Notes under the pieces: generated by a model | What the model was told of the DNA's origin: nothing | What the model saw: the letters and a program-made list of their open reading frames with translations, nothing else | Database searches by the model: none | In this document: positions 1 to 10,989 of the stretch, in pieces | Layout of the letters: each line of letters starts with the position of its first letter | Numbering within the stretch: position 1 is the stretch's first letter | Translations under genes and position numbers: made by a program | Assembly: GCA_052426225.1 (NCBI GenBank) | Contig: JBNJNM010000008.1 | Coordinates: 1,984,001 to 2,048,000 of the forward strand | Direction of reading: 5' to 3' | Source of the DNA: Zancudomyces culisetae HAW-14-8 | Taxonomy: Eukaryota; Fungi; Kickxellomycota | Length of the DNA: 64,000 nucleotides

Positions 1-109
1 AGCCCATTAATCGAAGCCACAAGTAGATTCTACGCCACTTATATCCCTAAAAACCAACATAACTATTAAATAAACGGATTTTCTATATAAATATACAAAT
101 TCGTTAACA
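1..109 (+). repeat. 5' LTR (3' part only)
   Basis: Exact copy of 4849-4957, ends in ...TTAACA, followed by the PBS. Confidence 0.95.
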
Positions 110-110
110 G

Positions 111-128
111 TGGTGATCCAGCCAGGAC
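111..128 (+). promoter_or_regulatory. Primer-binding site TGGTGATCCAGCCAGGAC (tRNA-Arg-like primer is a guess)
   Basis: Begins with TGG 1 nt after the LTR end. The reverse complement GTCCTGGCTGGATCACCA resembles a tRNA 3' end with CCA. It does not match the adjacent tRNA-Val. Confidence 0.85.
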
Positions 129-174
129 ATAGGGTCCTTAAGAAAAAACCTATTATGCAGATTAAAAAAAAAAA

Positions 175-3100
175 ATGAATTCTATAGAGAAATTTAGTGC
201 CGCTACAATCGACGATCCAAAAGAGTGGATCAAAGGATTCAGGCTATTCTTTAAACTAAACAGATATGACGAGGAGGATGGAATAGATTTACTTCAGTTC
301 TATCTCGGTAACCAAGAAAAGATTTGGTATTTGAGAAACAGAAAAAAGTTTACAAACTGGGAAGAGTTAAAGAAGCTATTTATGGAGAGGTTTGTCAGTA
401 AGACATCAGATCATAAGGCTATAGAGAAGTTGAAGAATATTAACCAGCAAGATTTTGACTCCACAGACGAGTTCGTTTTTGCTTTGGAATTGGCACTATC
501 TAAGTGCAGTATAAATGAAGAAGCACAAAAAGTAAATTGGTTAATCAGTGCGGCAAGCCCTAGAAGTCGGTCAAGAATTTTGGAATCTGAATCGCGCGAA
601 TGGGACAAAGTAGTTAGTTTAATCACTACTAGTTTCGAACCTTCGGCAGACCGCCGCAATTCAGACGTGCCACGAGATAGCAATAACAACCAGTATCGCA
701 CACAAGGAACAGGAAAGTCTATAAAGGAAATGACGGAGCAAAAAATTGGTTATAATGAAATGTTATCAAAGATGGAAGAGTGGAGTGTGAATATTCTGAC
801 TAAGGTAGAGGAAGTAGTAGAGAAAAAAGTGGACAAGCTACTTAGTGAAAGGGTTTACCAGCGTCAGCAAAGAACTCCATATTGCACCAACTGTAAGGTT
901 TCAGGCCACTATAGACACCAATGCACTTCCGCTACTCCTAGCAAACTGGATAATAACCAACCTAAAAAAGAACTTAACACTATTGAAGTTGTTTCAGATA
1001 ATGAAGTAGATAATGATTTGTATTTGGTACAAAGACCTAAGCCAAATAAACAGGTAAACAAACCATATTCAAAAAATAAAACTTTAGTAGATAAAAAATT
1101 ACCTGAAGTGAATAAACCTACTACAGTAAATAAAACAATAAAGTATGTTAAAATGGAGGAAGATAACGATATAAAAATGAATACAGAGAGTTCAGTGACA
1201 AAGCAAGTTGAAAACAGTACAAATAAAAAAGTAAAGTATGGCACTCGAATTTCAGAAAACATAACTCCATTCAACATACAAGACGATTTAAACCAATATT
1301 ATCCAAAAATCAGTTTAGCACAACTTTTAGACGCATCCCCAACACTCAGTTCAGAATTAAGTGCTCTGTGTAAAAAGGTTAAAAAACTAGATATAAATGA
1401 AATCAGAGTACTCCCTCAGAAAATTAGCAATTGTCGAGTGCTAGTTTCAGTTTTTAACAGGAAATACTGGGCAGTGGTGGACACAGGTGCTGCGTGCTCA
1501 GTGACTACACCAGCTATAGCAGAACAATGGGGTTTGGAGCCAAATGAGTGGACTAGACAGGTGTTGGTGACAGCTGACGGAAGTAGACATTTGACAGGAG
1601 GTGTACTTAATAGAGTCCCTATAGTAATTGGAAATCACACTTTTGAAGCCGAGTTTATTGTAATGAACCGTAAAGATAATACTTTAATTTTAGGCAACGA
1701 CTGGCTCTATCGACATCATGCAGTTCTTGATCCTCGTAGTGGCGAGTTAAAAATGAATACTTACTCCGAACTTTTGATAGTACCAATGAAGTCTTTAGCC
1801 GAGAAGTCTGAAAGTATTACGTTAGACTCAGAACTGTACTTACTGTTAAAGGCAGATGAAGTAATAGACTTGAAGAACGCATTTAGCGATCCACGTTTAA
1901 CAGAGTTAAAAGAATTAAATAAAGATTTATTTGTTAGTGACATAGGTGAATTAACACAAACAGATACAACCGAACATCGAATTGAATTAACGGATAACAC
2001 ACCGATTAAACAACGTCCGTACCGTATACCCCATCATATGTTACAGCTAGTACGAAACGAATTGACTGAGATGGAAGCGAAAGGAATTATTTCTCCCTGT
2101 TACTCCGAGTGGTGTTCTCCTGTAGTGACTGTACGCAAGAAAAACGGTAAACTCAGAATCTGTGCCGATTACAGAAAGTTGAATAATGTCACTAAAAAAG
2201 ATGCGTATCCACTGCCAACTATTGACGACATCTTTATGACTCTTTCGGGAAATATAATATTCACTAGCCTTGATGCCCTCAGTGGCTTTTGGCAGATAAA
2301 AATGGCGGAAAAAGATCGAACGAAAACAGCGTTTGCAATCCCCGGCAGCGGTAGCTATTGCTACAACGTTATGCCCTTCGGCTTAACCAATAGTCCGGCA
2401 TCCTTTCAGCGTCTTATGGAGGTTGCATTGGCTCCAGTTCTGTGGAAAACTGCTGTTGTGTTTATAGACGACGTCATAATTTATTCTAAATCTATCGAGC
2501 AACATTTAGTACATCTACAAGAGGTATTTGATTTATTACGAGAAAATAAAATTCAGTTACATGCTGACAAGTGTCAAATAGGTATGAAGAAGATTAGCTA
2601 CTTGGGACACATGGTATCCGCAGAAGGAATAAGTACAAGCAGCGAAAAAATAGTAGCGATAAGGGAAGCTAAAACTCCTACAAACGTAAGAGAGTTGCAG
2701 TCGTTTCTGGGTCTAACCGGCTATTATCGGAAGTTTGTCGACAACTATGCGTTAAAATCAGCACCCTTAGTTAAGTTGTTAAAGAAGGCAGAAGTATGGA
2801 ACTGGACAAACTTACAGGACGAAGCAGTACAGAAGCTAAAAGATAGTTTGAGTAGTGCACCTACACTAATGCATCCTAATTGGGATGAAGAGTTTATTCT
2901 GACTACCGACGCTTCTATCGAAGGAATCGGTGCTATCTTGTCGCAGAAGGTCAAAGGCGGTGAAAAACCTATAGGTTATGCTAGCAAAGTTACAAACAAA
3001 CACGAGCGAAATTATTCGGTCACTCACCTTGAGGGTCTTGCTGTAGTCTGGGGCGTCAACAAATTCAAACACTATTTATGGGGTAAACATTTTTTAATAC

Positions 3101-4602
3101 GAACAGACCACAAGTCACTAATTAACCTATTTAATAGTAAAGAAGTTACCGGTCGTGTCGCTCGATGGGCGATGATTTTGCGAAATTACAATTATACAAT
3201 CATACACTGTGAAGGTAAATCGAATCCGGCTGACGCCTTGTCGAGATTAGAGGCTGTTACAACGTCGGAAGAAACACTTGATATATTTGAATTACATTTT
3301 TTATCTTATGAATCTATAAAACACTATTTATTAAACAATACTTATTTGTTCGAAATGAGCAAAACACAAAAAAACAAAGTCGAAAAAAAAGCAAAAAATT
3401 ATAAAATTATACAAAACAGTTTATTTAAAATTAGCAAAGGAGTTTGGAAAAAAGTTTTATTTAACAGCGAAATAGAAGATATCGTAAAACAGGTACACGA
3501 AGAAAATCATGAGGGCATAGAAAACACCTGGCGGAGAGTTAGCAGAGAGTATACAGGCAACAGACTATTCGAAACAGTGAAAAAAACCGTCAAGGAGTGT
3601 CTAACTTGTCAAAGTTATCAAGGGCATCGCACTAAGCGCAACGAGCTACAGCCTATTTATGTGTACAAACCTTTTAGTATTTTTGGTCTCGATGCTATTG
3701 GACCAATAAGTCCAATATCTAAGAATGGCAATCGTTTTATACTTACTGGTATCGACTATTTCACGAAGTGGCCTGTCGCGGAGGCAGTACAAAACATTCA
3801 GTCAGACACTATAATAAACTTTATTATAACTCATATAGTTAAAGATTTTGGTACACCAGATCAGATTATCACTGACAGAGGTGCTGGCTTTATTAGTGAA
3901 GCTGCGGACGACTTTTATAAATATTTAGGTATACGACACACACCGACAACTTCCTACCGACCGCAAAGTAATGGTCAGGTAGAACGTCTAAACCAGACCT
4001 TAAAAAACACTCTAGCTAGACAGTGCAAGAAGGATAAAGAAAACTGGGACACTTACATGTGGAAAAGTCTCTTAGCAATTCGAACAATGCGTAATCGCAG
4101 TACAGGCTATAGTCCCGCTGAACTTCTTTACGGTGTTAAAATCACTACACCGGCAGTATGGTCTCCTCCAGCTGAGCCGAGCGATCTTGACTCCGCTATA
4201 CAGGAAAGAATCGAAGCTATCGGAACAAATATACCGGAACTAAGAAATATAGGGTTATCTCGCAGTGTTAAAGCTAAGCAGATTATGAAATCACATTATG
4301 ACAAAAACATTACAAATTTCAAATTTAAAGTAGATGAGATGGTTATGAAGCTTGTAGAACACGTCACAGACAAGTTTCAAGAAGTATGGGAGGGCCCATA
4401 CAAGATAGTACAAAAATTAAATTTTGGAGCTTACACAATCATGGATTCAGATGGCAATCGCGACATCGTCAATGGAGATTCCCTAAAGCAATTTCACCAT
4501 AGTAGCCATATGGTACCGGAAGTAACTCGAACTTTGAAGTCTAAATTAAGAAGATTTAAAAACCCACTAAGTCCAATTTGGAGTAGGGGCTCTGTCGTAT
4601 AA
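175..4602 (+). CDS. Gag-Pol polyprotein in a single frame, 1475 aa
   Basis: CCHC knuckle CTNCKVSGHYRHQC; protease VVDTGA; RT MPFGL...FIDD; RNase H TDAS...LEGLAVVW; integrase H-H-C-C, ITDRG, GQVERLN; GPY motif WEGPY. No recognisable chromodomain. Confidence 0.97.
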   Translation: MNSIEKFSAATIDDPKEWIKGFRLFFKLNRYDEEDGIDLLQFYLGNQEKIWYLRNRKKFTNWEELKKLFMERFVSKTSDHKAIEKLKNINQQDFDSTDEFVFALELALSKCSINEEAQKVNWLISAASPRSRSRILESESREWDKVVSLITTSFEPSADRRNSDVPRDSNNNQYRTQGTGKSIKEMTEQKIGYNEMLSKMEEWSVNILTKVEEVVEKKVDKLLSERVYQRQQRTPYCTNCKVSGHYRHQCTSATPSKLDNNQPKKELNTIEVVSDNEVDNDLYLVQRPKPNKQVNKPYSKNKTLVDKKLPEVNKPTTVNKTIKYVKMEEDNDIKMNTESSVTKQVENSTNKKVKYGTRISENITPFNIQDDLNQYYPKISLAQLLDASPTLSSELSALCKKVKKLDINEIRVLPQKISNCRVLVSVFNRKYWAVVDTGAACSVTTPAIAEQWGLEPNEWTRQVLVTADGSRHLTGGVLNRVPIVIGNHTFEAEFIVMNRKDNTLILGNDWLYRHHAVLDPRSGELKMNTYSELLIVPMKSLAEKSESITLDSELYLLLKADEVIDLKNAFSDPRLTELKELNKDLFVSDIGELTQTDTTEHRIELTDNTPIKQRPYRIPHHMLQLVRNELTEMEAKGIISPCYSEWCSPVVTVRKKNGKLRICADYRKLNNVTKKDAYPLPTIDDIFMTLSGNIIFTSLDALSGFWQIKMAEKDRTKTAFAIPGSGSYCYNVMPFGLTNSPASFQRLMEVALAPVLWKTAVVFIDDVIIYSKSIEQHLVHLQEVFDLLRENKIQLHADKCQIGMKKISYLGHMVSAEGISTSSEKIVAIREAKTPTNVRELQSFLGLTGYYRKFVDNYALKSAPLVKLLKKAEVWNWTNLQDEAVQKLKDSLSSAPTLMHPNWDEEFILTTDASIEGIGAILSQKVKGGEKPIGYASKVTNKHERNYSVTHLEGLAVVWGVNKFKHYLWGKHFLIRTDHKSLINLFNSKEVTGRVARWAMILRNYNYTIIHCEGKSNPADALSRLEAVTTSEETLDIFELHFLSYESIKHYLLNNTYLFEMSKTQKNKVEKKAKNYKIIQNSLFKISKGVWKKVLFNSEIEDIVKQVHEENHEGIENTWRRVSREYTGNRLFETVKKTVKECLTCQSYQGHRTKRNELQPIYVYKPFSIFGLDAIGPISPISKNGNRFILTGIDYFTKWPVAEAVQNIQSDTIINFIITHIVKDFGTPDQIITDRGAGFISEAADDFYKYLGIRHTPTTSYRPQSNGQVERLNQTLKNTLARQCKKDKENWDTYMWKSLLAIRTMRNRSTGYSPAELLYGVKITTPAVWSPPAEPSDLDSAIQERIEAIGTNIPELRNIGLSRSVKAKQIMKSHYDKNITNFKFKVDEMVMKLVEHVTDKFQEVWEGPYKIVQKLNFGAYTIMDSDGNRDIVNGDSLKQFHHSSHMVPEVTRTLKSKLRRFKNPLSPIWSRGSVV
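4580..4589 (+). promoter_or_regulatory. Polypurine tract GGAGTAGGGG
   Basis: Purine-rich run 3 nt before the TG that starts the putative 3' LTR. Confidence 0.75.
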
Positions 4603-4957
4603 TATTTTATACTTTATAAAATTAGTGTATGGAAATTGAAGAAATTCAATGGAAATACGTAATCAAAATTATTTTAGAAATTGGACTCTTTTTTCCTTGG
4701 CAATTTTTGTTAGGTTTTTTTAGTGAGAAATTTCGATAGTAAGTTTTGGTTCTTATCTTATCTTTTTAGAAAATAAACACATATACTAAGAGTTTGCAGT
4801 ATTTAGCCATTAGTAGATATTTTTAAGATCATTATAACGGATTAAGTGAGCCCATTAATCGAAGCCACAAGTAGATTCTACGCCACTTATATCCCTAAAA
4901 ACCAACATAACTATTAAATAAACGGATTTTCTATATAAATATACAAATTCGTTAACA
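4593..4957 (+). repeat. 3' LTR (~365 bp, TGT...ACA)
   Basis: End fixed by identity to 1-109; start inferred from the TGT after the PPT. Confidence 0.88.
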
Positions 4958-4965
4958 AAAAAATC

Positions 4966-5038
4966 AGAGCTGTGGTGTAGTGGCTATCACGTCTGCTTCA
5001 CACGCAGAAGGTCTTGGGTTCGATCCCCAACAGCTCTA
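4966..5038 (+). tRNA. tRNA-Val(CAC), intronless
   Basis: Acceptor stem AGAGCTG/CAGCTCT plus A; A-box TGGTGTAGTGG; anticodon arm TCTGC-TTCACAC-GCAGA; T-loop GGTTCGATCC. Confidence 0.97.
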
Positions 5039-5039
5039 C

Positions 5040-5046
5040 TTTTTTT
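5040..5046 (+). terminator. Pol III oligo-T terminator
   Basis: T7 run just after the tRNA 3' end. Confidence 0.85.
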
Positions 5047-5489
5047 GTTTTTGAACTAGCTATTTGGATTTATATAAACTTTTTTATTTAATGAATCTAT
5101 ATGATAGTGGATTCAGTATACCATTTAGAAATGCTCACTACTTTCTAGTGGAAAAAGTATATTTCAAATGGGGAATAACACTTTCCAATATTCATCTGAC
5201 TAAATTTCGTCCAGTTTTTTTCCTAATTACTGGTTGTTTGTGTTTACATTGCGGGTATAATGGTGTTTTTTTTACAGCAAAATAGACGAATAAAAATTGA
5301 GATTTGTACGCTTATTGATCACTTTCCTTCTGGTTTACTTTAATCGTTTTAGTATTTATTTGAGTGCATTTCAAATTCGAAAAAAACAAAAGAAGATATT
5401 ATATACTTTATTTTTTGCTTTACTATCAAGTTGTTTAGAGCGTAGGTTTAATTACCAAATATAGTATTACTCGGCATAATTTTCTCAAG

Positions 5490-6668
5490 ATGGGAATCCA
5501 AGGAATAACAAAGCTAATTACAGAATACGCCCCAAAGGGGCAAAAGACAAATGAAATCAAATCGTATGTTGGGAGAAAGGTGGCGATTGATGCATCCATG
5601 TCTATATACCAGTTTCTAATAGCGGTTCGGGGCAATGATGGAGAGAATCTTACTAATTCGGAGGGTGAAACAACATCTCATTTAATGGGAATGTTTTACA
5701 GAACGATCAGAATGATAGATAATGGTATAAAACCGCTCTATGTGTTTGATGGAAAACCACCAGAGTTGAAAACGGGAGAACTGGCTAAAAGACACGACAA
5801 AAGAGAAAAAAACAAGGCGGATTTAGAAAAGGCACGAGAGGAGGGAAACGTAGATGAAATCAATAAATTTGTCAGGCGAAGCGTCAAAGTAACACAAAAA
5901 CACAACGAAGAATGCCAAAGATTACTCCGATACATGGGTGTTCCTTTTGTAATAGCAAAGAGTGAAGCAGAAGCGCAATGTGCAGAACTTGCAAAAAACG
6001 GTGTGGTGTGGGCAGTTGGTTCAGAGGATATGGATACTCTAATGTTTAAAGCACCTGTATTATTGCGAAGACTCACTTTTAGCGAGGCTAGAAAGCTTCC
6101 TATCTTGGAGTTCAATCTTGAAAAAATATTGGAACAGCTTGGATTAAGCTATACAGAGTTTGTGGATTTGGGTATACTTTTGGGATGTGATTACTGTGAT
6201 ACTATCAGGAATGTGGGACCAAAAACCGGTCTTCAACTCCTCCAAAAGCATAGGTCAATTGAAAAAATAATACCCAACTTGAAGGCCAATTCTCAAACCG
6301 TACCCGAAAATTTCCCCTACGAGACGGCTAGAGAGCTTTTTATCAATCCAGAGGTTTATTCTTCTTCCGAATTAACCATTGACTGGCATATGAAACCAAA
6401 TAGGGATGAAATAGTCAAGTTTTTGTGTGATGAAAATGGGTTTAACCGCGAAAGAATTATCAAATCTATCGAAAAGTTGGAAAAAGGAAGTAAAGCTGGG
6501 CTCCAGGGAAGGCTAGACACTTTTTTTAAACCTGTAGCTGCAAAAGATGCAAAATCCACTACACCAGTGAATGGTGCCAAGAAACGACAAGCTGGTCAAT
6601 CTGGGGGTACTTCTAGTGCATTTAGCCGCTCCGTGAATGGGAATGGTGCTAAAAAAGCCAAAAAATAA
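5490..6668 (+). CDS. FEN1: Flap endonuclease 1
   Basis: MGIQGITKLI, AIDASMSIYQFLIAVR, EAEAQCA, LLGCDY, PIP box QGRLDTFF. Confidence 0.97.
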   Translation: MGIQGITKLITEYAPKGQKTNEIKSYVGRKVAIDASMSIYQFLIAVRGNDGENLTNSEGETTSHLMGMFYRTIRMIDNGIKPLYVFDGKPPELKTGELAKRHDKREKNKADLEKAREEGNVDEINKFVRRSVKVTQKHNEECQRLLRYMGVPFVIAKSEAEAQCAELAKNGVVWAVGSEDMDTLMFKAPVLLRRLTFSEARKLPILEFNLEKILEQLGLSYTEFVDLGILLGCDYCDTIRNVGPKTGLQLLQKHRSIEKIIPNLKANSQTVPENFPYETARELFINPEVYSSSELTIDWHMKPNRDEIVKFLCDENGFNRERIIKSIEKLEKGSKAGLQGRLDTFFKPVAAKDAKSTTPVNGAKKRQAGQSGGTSSAFSRSVNGNGAKKAKK

Positions 6669-7108
6669 CTACTTTAATTTACATTTATTCACATGTTTGT
6701 GTTAATATTTATGGTTATTCTTAGATATTTCATATTGTTCTTTTGTTTAGGTTCTTGAGTTTTATTCTTATTCTATGCTAATATATATCTAGATAATGAA
6801 GATATATAAGTATACATCTTTTTTTTTTCAGTACTTATTTTTTAGGAACTATAAACCAAGCCCATGTTCGTTTGTATTACACACAAGCTATAGAGTTACT
6901 GCGGATACTCATTAAATTTCGATTTTTGCAATTTTTATACTTTTTGTTTTCTTGATGGTTACAGTTAATTGAAAAAATTCAAAAAATAAATAAATTAACA
7001 ATAGTATCTTTTCATTCATAACTTGAAAGAATCTTTTTTAATTAACATCAAAAGTAAGAGGGGAAAAAAGAAAAAAGAAAAAGAAAAGAGAGTAGAATAT
7101 CAAACGGA

Positions 7109-7870
7109 ATGGATTACCAAAATAGAGCAGGGTCTAAACCAGGGGCTGGCGGCGTTATGTCATCCTCGGAATCTAATGTCGAACGGAGAGAGCGGCTGCG
7201 AAAATTGGCGTTGGAAACCATAGATCTCGCAAAAGATCCATATTTTATGAAAAATCATCTGGGTTCCTACGAATGTAAGCTGTGTTTGACCCTACACACA
7301 AATGAAGGATCCTATCTGGCACATACACAGGGTAAAAAACATCAAACAAACCTGGCACGCCGAGCTGCGCTTGACGAGAGAGATTCGGGCCCGGCCTCTG
7401 CGCTAAAGCTTCATCAATTGAAGACTGCTGGTACGGCTGAATCTAGGGTCAAAAAGACAGTTGTGAAAATAGGTCGACCAGGATACAAGGTAACAAAAAT
7501 TAGAGACCCTTTTACTCGCCAGATTGGGTTTGTATTCTCGATAATGTTCCCGGATTTAAACAGCGAGACCCTTCCCCGACACAGATTTATGTCCGCTTTT
7601 GAGCAACAAATTGAACCACCAAACAAGATCTGGCAGTATCTACTATTTTCTGCAGAACCGTATGAAAACATTGCATTCAAAGTTCAGAATCGCGAAGTCG
7701 ATATGCGACCTGGAAAATTTTTCACACATTGGGATCCAGATTCAAAGGTTTTTACATTACAGCTACTTTTCAGAAACGAAAGGACATCCAGCTACGTACC
7801 TGGAAACTATATTGGGATGAATAAACCAGCTGCCAACCCTCTAAATCCATATGGCTCTGTAAACAGCTGA
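7109..7870 (+). CDS. SF3A2: Splicing factor 3A subunit 2 (Prp11/Sap62)
   Basis: MDYQNRAGSK, RRERLRKLALETIDLAKDPY, zinc finger CKLCLTLH...HTQGKKH, KIGRPGYKVTK. Confidence 0.97.
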   Translation: MDYQNRAGSKPGAGGVMSSSESNVERRERLRKLALETIDLAKDPYFMKNHLGSYECKLCLTLHTNEGSYLAHTQGKKHQTNLARRAALDERDSGPASALKLHQLKTAGTAESRVKKTVVKIGRPGYKVTKIRDPFTRQIGFVFSIMFPDLNSETLPRHRFMSAFEQQIEPPNKIWQYLLFSAEPYENIAFKVQNREVDMRPGKFFTHWDPDSKVFTLQLLFRNERTSSYVPGNYIGMNKPAANPLNPYGSVNS

Positions 7871-10800
7871 TTTTAGCAAGTACACACCTCCCTTTTTTTT
7901 TGAGCCTTTTGCTCTGGTTTGCCTGTATAGTATGTATATTTTCATATGGTGATGTTTTTTTGTAACAAAAAATATATATAATAATCTACTTATTGGATAG
8001 TTATAATGCAGGTCCAAAATATAAAGAAAATGGCAAAACGTAGCCTGTGAATGTGGTTACACGATGGGAAATGTTGTGTCCAAGTGGTCCGAGTATTTTT
8101 ATACCTAACTAAGATCCAATTTATATCAACAGTGGCTTTGCAGTTAATCTGTACTATTGACGTTTACTTAGTTTAATATAAAAAACCATGTTAAAGTTGA
8201 TGTTTTTATAAAAAGTGGTATCTATATATGAATAAATTAATCTATGGTGTATAAAAAGTAAGAAAATGACCAGATATTTGGCACCAAAAGCCATTGGCTT
8301 TTATCTGTACATTCTTTTATCATTAATCTTGTTCAACAATATTAACACAAAATCTATGCGTTTTCCTGCGTTTGGTTATATTGATATGCTTTTTCATTAT
8401 TTTCTCAAAATCTCGGCGAACTTTGCTTTTGTGAATAAATAGTACATCCATTCCTCTAGGAACTTTAACAAGCTCCACTCTTCTCCTAAGACCGGAGTTT
8501 TGCGGATGGATGTATAGCTGTTCAGTTGTGTTTTTTTGAACTTTGTACATTCCGTCTATGCACAAGGATAATGAGTAGTCATCTTTTTCTAGTAGCCCAG
8601 ACATGTCCATTTCTGATTTACGTTTCTCTCTTCTTTGCTTTTTCCTTGTATATATGAGTTTTTTGTATATTAAGGATTCAGGAATACTGTCTTTTGATTT
8701 GGCTAGGTTTCAGGGACCAAGTATCTTGTTTACGGTTATCTTATACACTACTATAATATCAGTGATAGATCCCAGCGTTTCTTGTGGATAGTATATGCTC
8801 AGAGATGGTAGCTAACTGCAGTGTTATTTTGGGTAAGTGTGTATTCGTAATTAGTACTTTACAACACTAGTATATTTTTGTTAATATCACCAATCCGTTT
8901 CCAAAAACAATGAGCTAAAGCAAGTAAAAAGTATAATGTTGCTTGTTATTTCCGAGTTTTTATTGATGGTTTAGCTAGTACAATTGAAGTTGAACACCCA
9001 AGGAAAATTCCTAGCTTTTTATACAATTCAATCGCAGTTCAAAGCATATAGTTTAATCTACTAAGATGCACAATATACGTAGCTTCTGCCTTTTTCCAAT
9101 ATCACATTTCAATCAATGTAAATATAAACCTATGGTTGGAAGGCGATGGGGAAAAACAGAATTCTTTGATGTCTCCAAGAAAACCGACCACAGGGAGGTA
9201 TACCCTTTGCTTTTGTGGTAGATATTTGATAATAGCGTTGCATCTCCTTGAATAAAATAAATATTTTTCATAGCAATAAAAAATAATGTTTCTGAAGCTA
9301 ACAATCTAATATGCTTATCATATATTTACTTTTTTGGCACAAAGATTTTTTCCCCGAAAAACATACCAATTTCGGTAATTAAAGCAAAGTAATCTACGAT
9401 TTTGAAATATAACTTTTATGGTATTAACACAAGAGTGGTAATAAAAGGGGGGGGTTAAGTGATGGATCCAGATTTTGTATGTGTGAGGGTTTGGGGAGCA
9501 GATATTTGGTGTAGTGGTGGTAAATACGTCTTTGTACAAACCAGTACTACAGAATTATATTTGGGGATGGCTTAATTTGACATTTTAGACCATGGATTCG
9601 AAAAAAATAGAACATTTTTGAAATCGCAAAGAGATAAGTCAAGTTGTGGGATGCTCATTGCTTTGAAACTTTCTGGAACCTCAATCCATGCTTCATTACC
9701 AATCCACAAAAACGAAGACTTCAAAAGATTGGCTTGAAAACGCATGTTACCAAAAAAAAGGATATATCACAAACAATTAGTTTACTTTGAATAGGCGAAA
9801 TCGATAGGTGTACATAGGCCCGATCATATCTACACTAAAAATGTTACTGAACACTGGTAAAACATAGCAATCTATACAGAGATCCTGGTGTTCCAAAACT
9901 TGACCACCACAATAAATGGTGAAGATTTGGGAATAATGGCTTTTCTTTACTTGAATAAAAGAAATGAACATTTGAAACTGAACTCGAGGTGTGTTTTATT
10001 TGAATATAAAGCGATAACAGTATCTATAAAAATCGGAATGGCAATTATAGTAGGCTTGATTTTTCTGCTCTTTTCGCAAAGAAGGCTTGGTATAGGTGAT
10101 GTCAACGTGTGTTGTACAAAAAAAAACATCCTAAAAAGGATATTTTCTATTAACTTTTCTTCCGTCTCTACACACCATCGAAATGATACACACTCTCCTT
10201 ATGAAAAAAATGTATATTGGTATTTTAGCAAATACTTTTTGATTGATGACCCAATCATGTTTATTTTTTTTTATTTTGGCAAAGTCATTTCTTGTTATGT
10301 AAACCTGAACAGCTTTTATTTTGTACCACTGTCCTTTGTTAAACCAAAAAAGAGATGAATAAAAGACCAACAACCAAGTCATTATACAAAGAGTATGGAA
10401 AGGTGATGATAAATTAAGGTTATGTAATTATGTAATGACACTTTTCAGTAAAGCTATTCACAAATGGGAACACAAAGGGACACTTAATAGCATGGTTTTC
10501 ACATTCAATTTTCCTCAACCTGCATTTTTCCTTTTTTGTATATATTTGCAGGTCTTACTATTGGTATGCTTTACATTTAAAAACTTATATCTGATATACA
10601 GTATATTTTGTGGTCATTGAAGGATTGCCTTCATAGACATTTAGTAAATGTTGGGCACAAAGAATAAGACTCCTTGTTTGCATTTACATATAAATTTGTT
10701 CAAAACTGCTTGTCCAATAGTTTAACGATCGAATCATTATTCAGCTTCATGTTGTTGTTGTTATGTGGAAGTGATTTTGTAATACAAAAGGGCGCTTCCC

Positions 10801-10963
10801 ATCAATCAATAAATAAGCAAAGAGAGGAAGGAGGGGAGAAGGGTGGAAGGGGTAACGGCAATAGATTTTTGTATTTTGGATAACAATAGAATGAATCTTT
10901 GTAATGTGATCACTTCTAGTACCCAATTGATCGAGTCACTCCAAAGTTGGTCAAATATTCATG

Positions 10964-10989
10964 TACATACATACATACATACATACATA
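10964..10989. repeat. (TACA)n microsatellite
   Basis: About six tandem TACA units. Confidence 0.9.

Larger units (their letters stand above)
1..4957 (+). mobile_element. Ty3/gypsy LTR retrotransposon, apparently intact (5' LTR cut by window edge)
   Basis: Bases 1-109 are identical to 4849-4957. PBS at 111, single gag-pol ORF, polypurine tract, 3' LTR with TG...CA ends. Domain order PR-RT-RH-IN. Confidence 0.97.

Noticed and set aside
111-128. PBS primed by the adjacent tRNA-Val
   Set aside because: The PBS complement does not match the tRNA-Val 3' end (CCCCAACAGCTCTA).
8323-8800. Coding-like minus-strand stretch, possible decayed TE ORF
   Set aside because: Contains a stop and no diagnostic motif; cannot be assigned.
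9540-9780. Possible decayed gag fragment
   Set aside because: Only a vague resemblance (LIALKLSG), with multiple stops.
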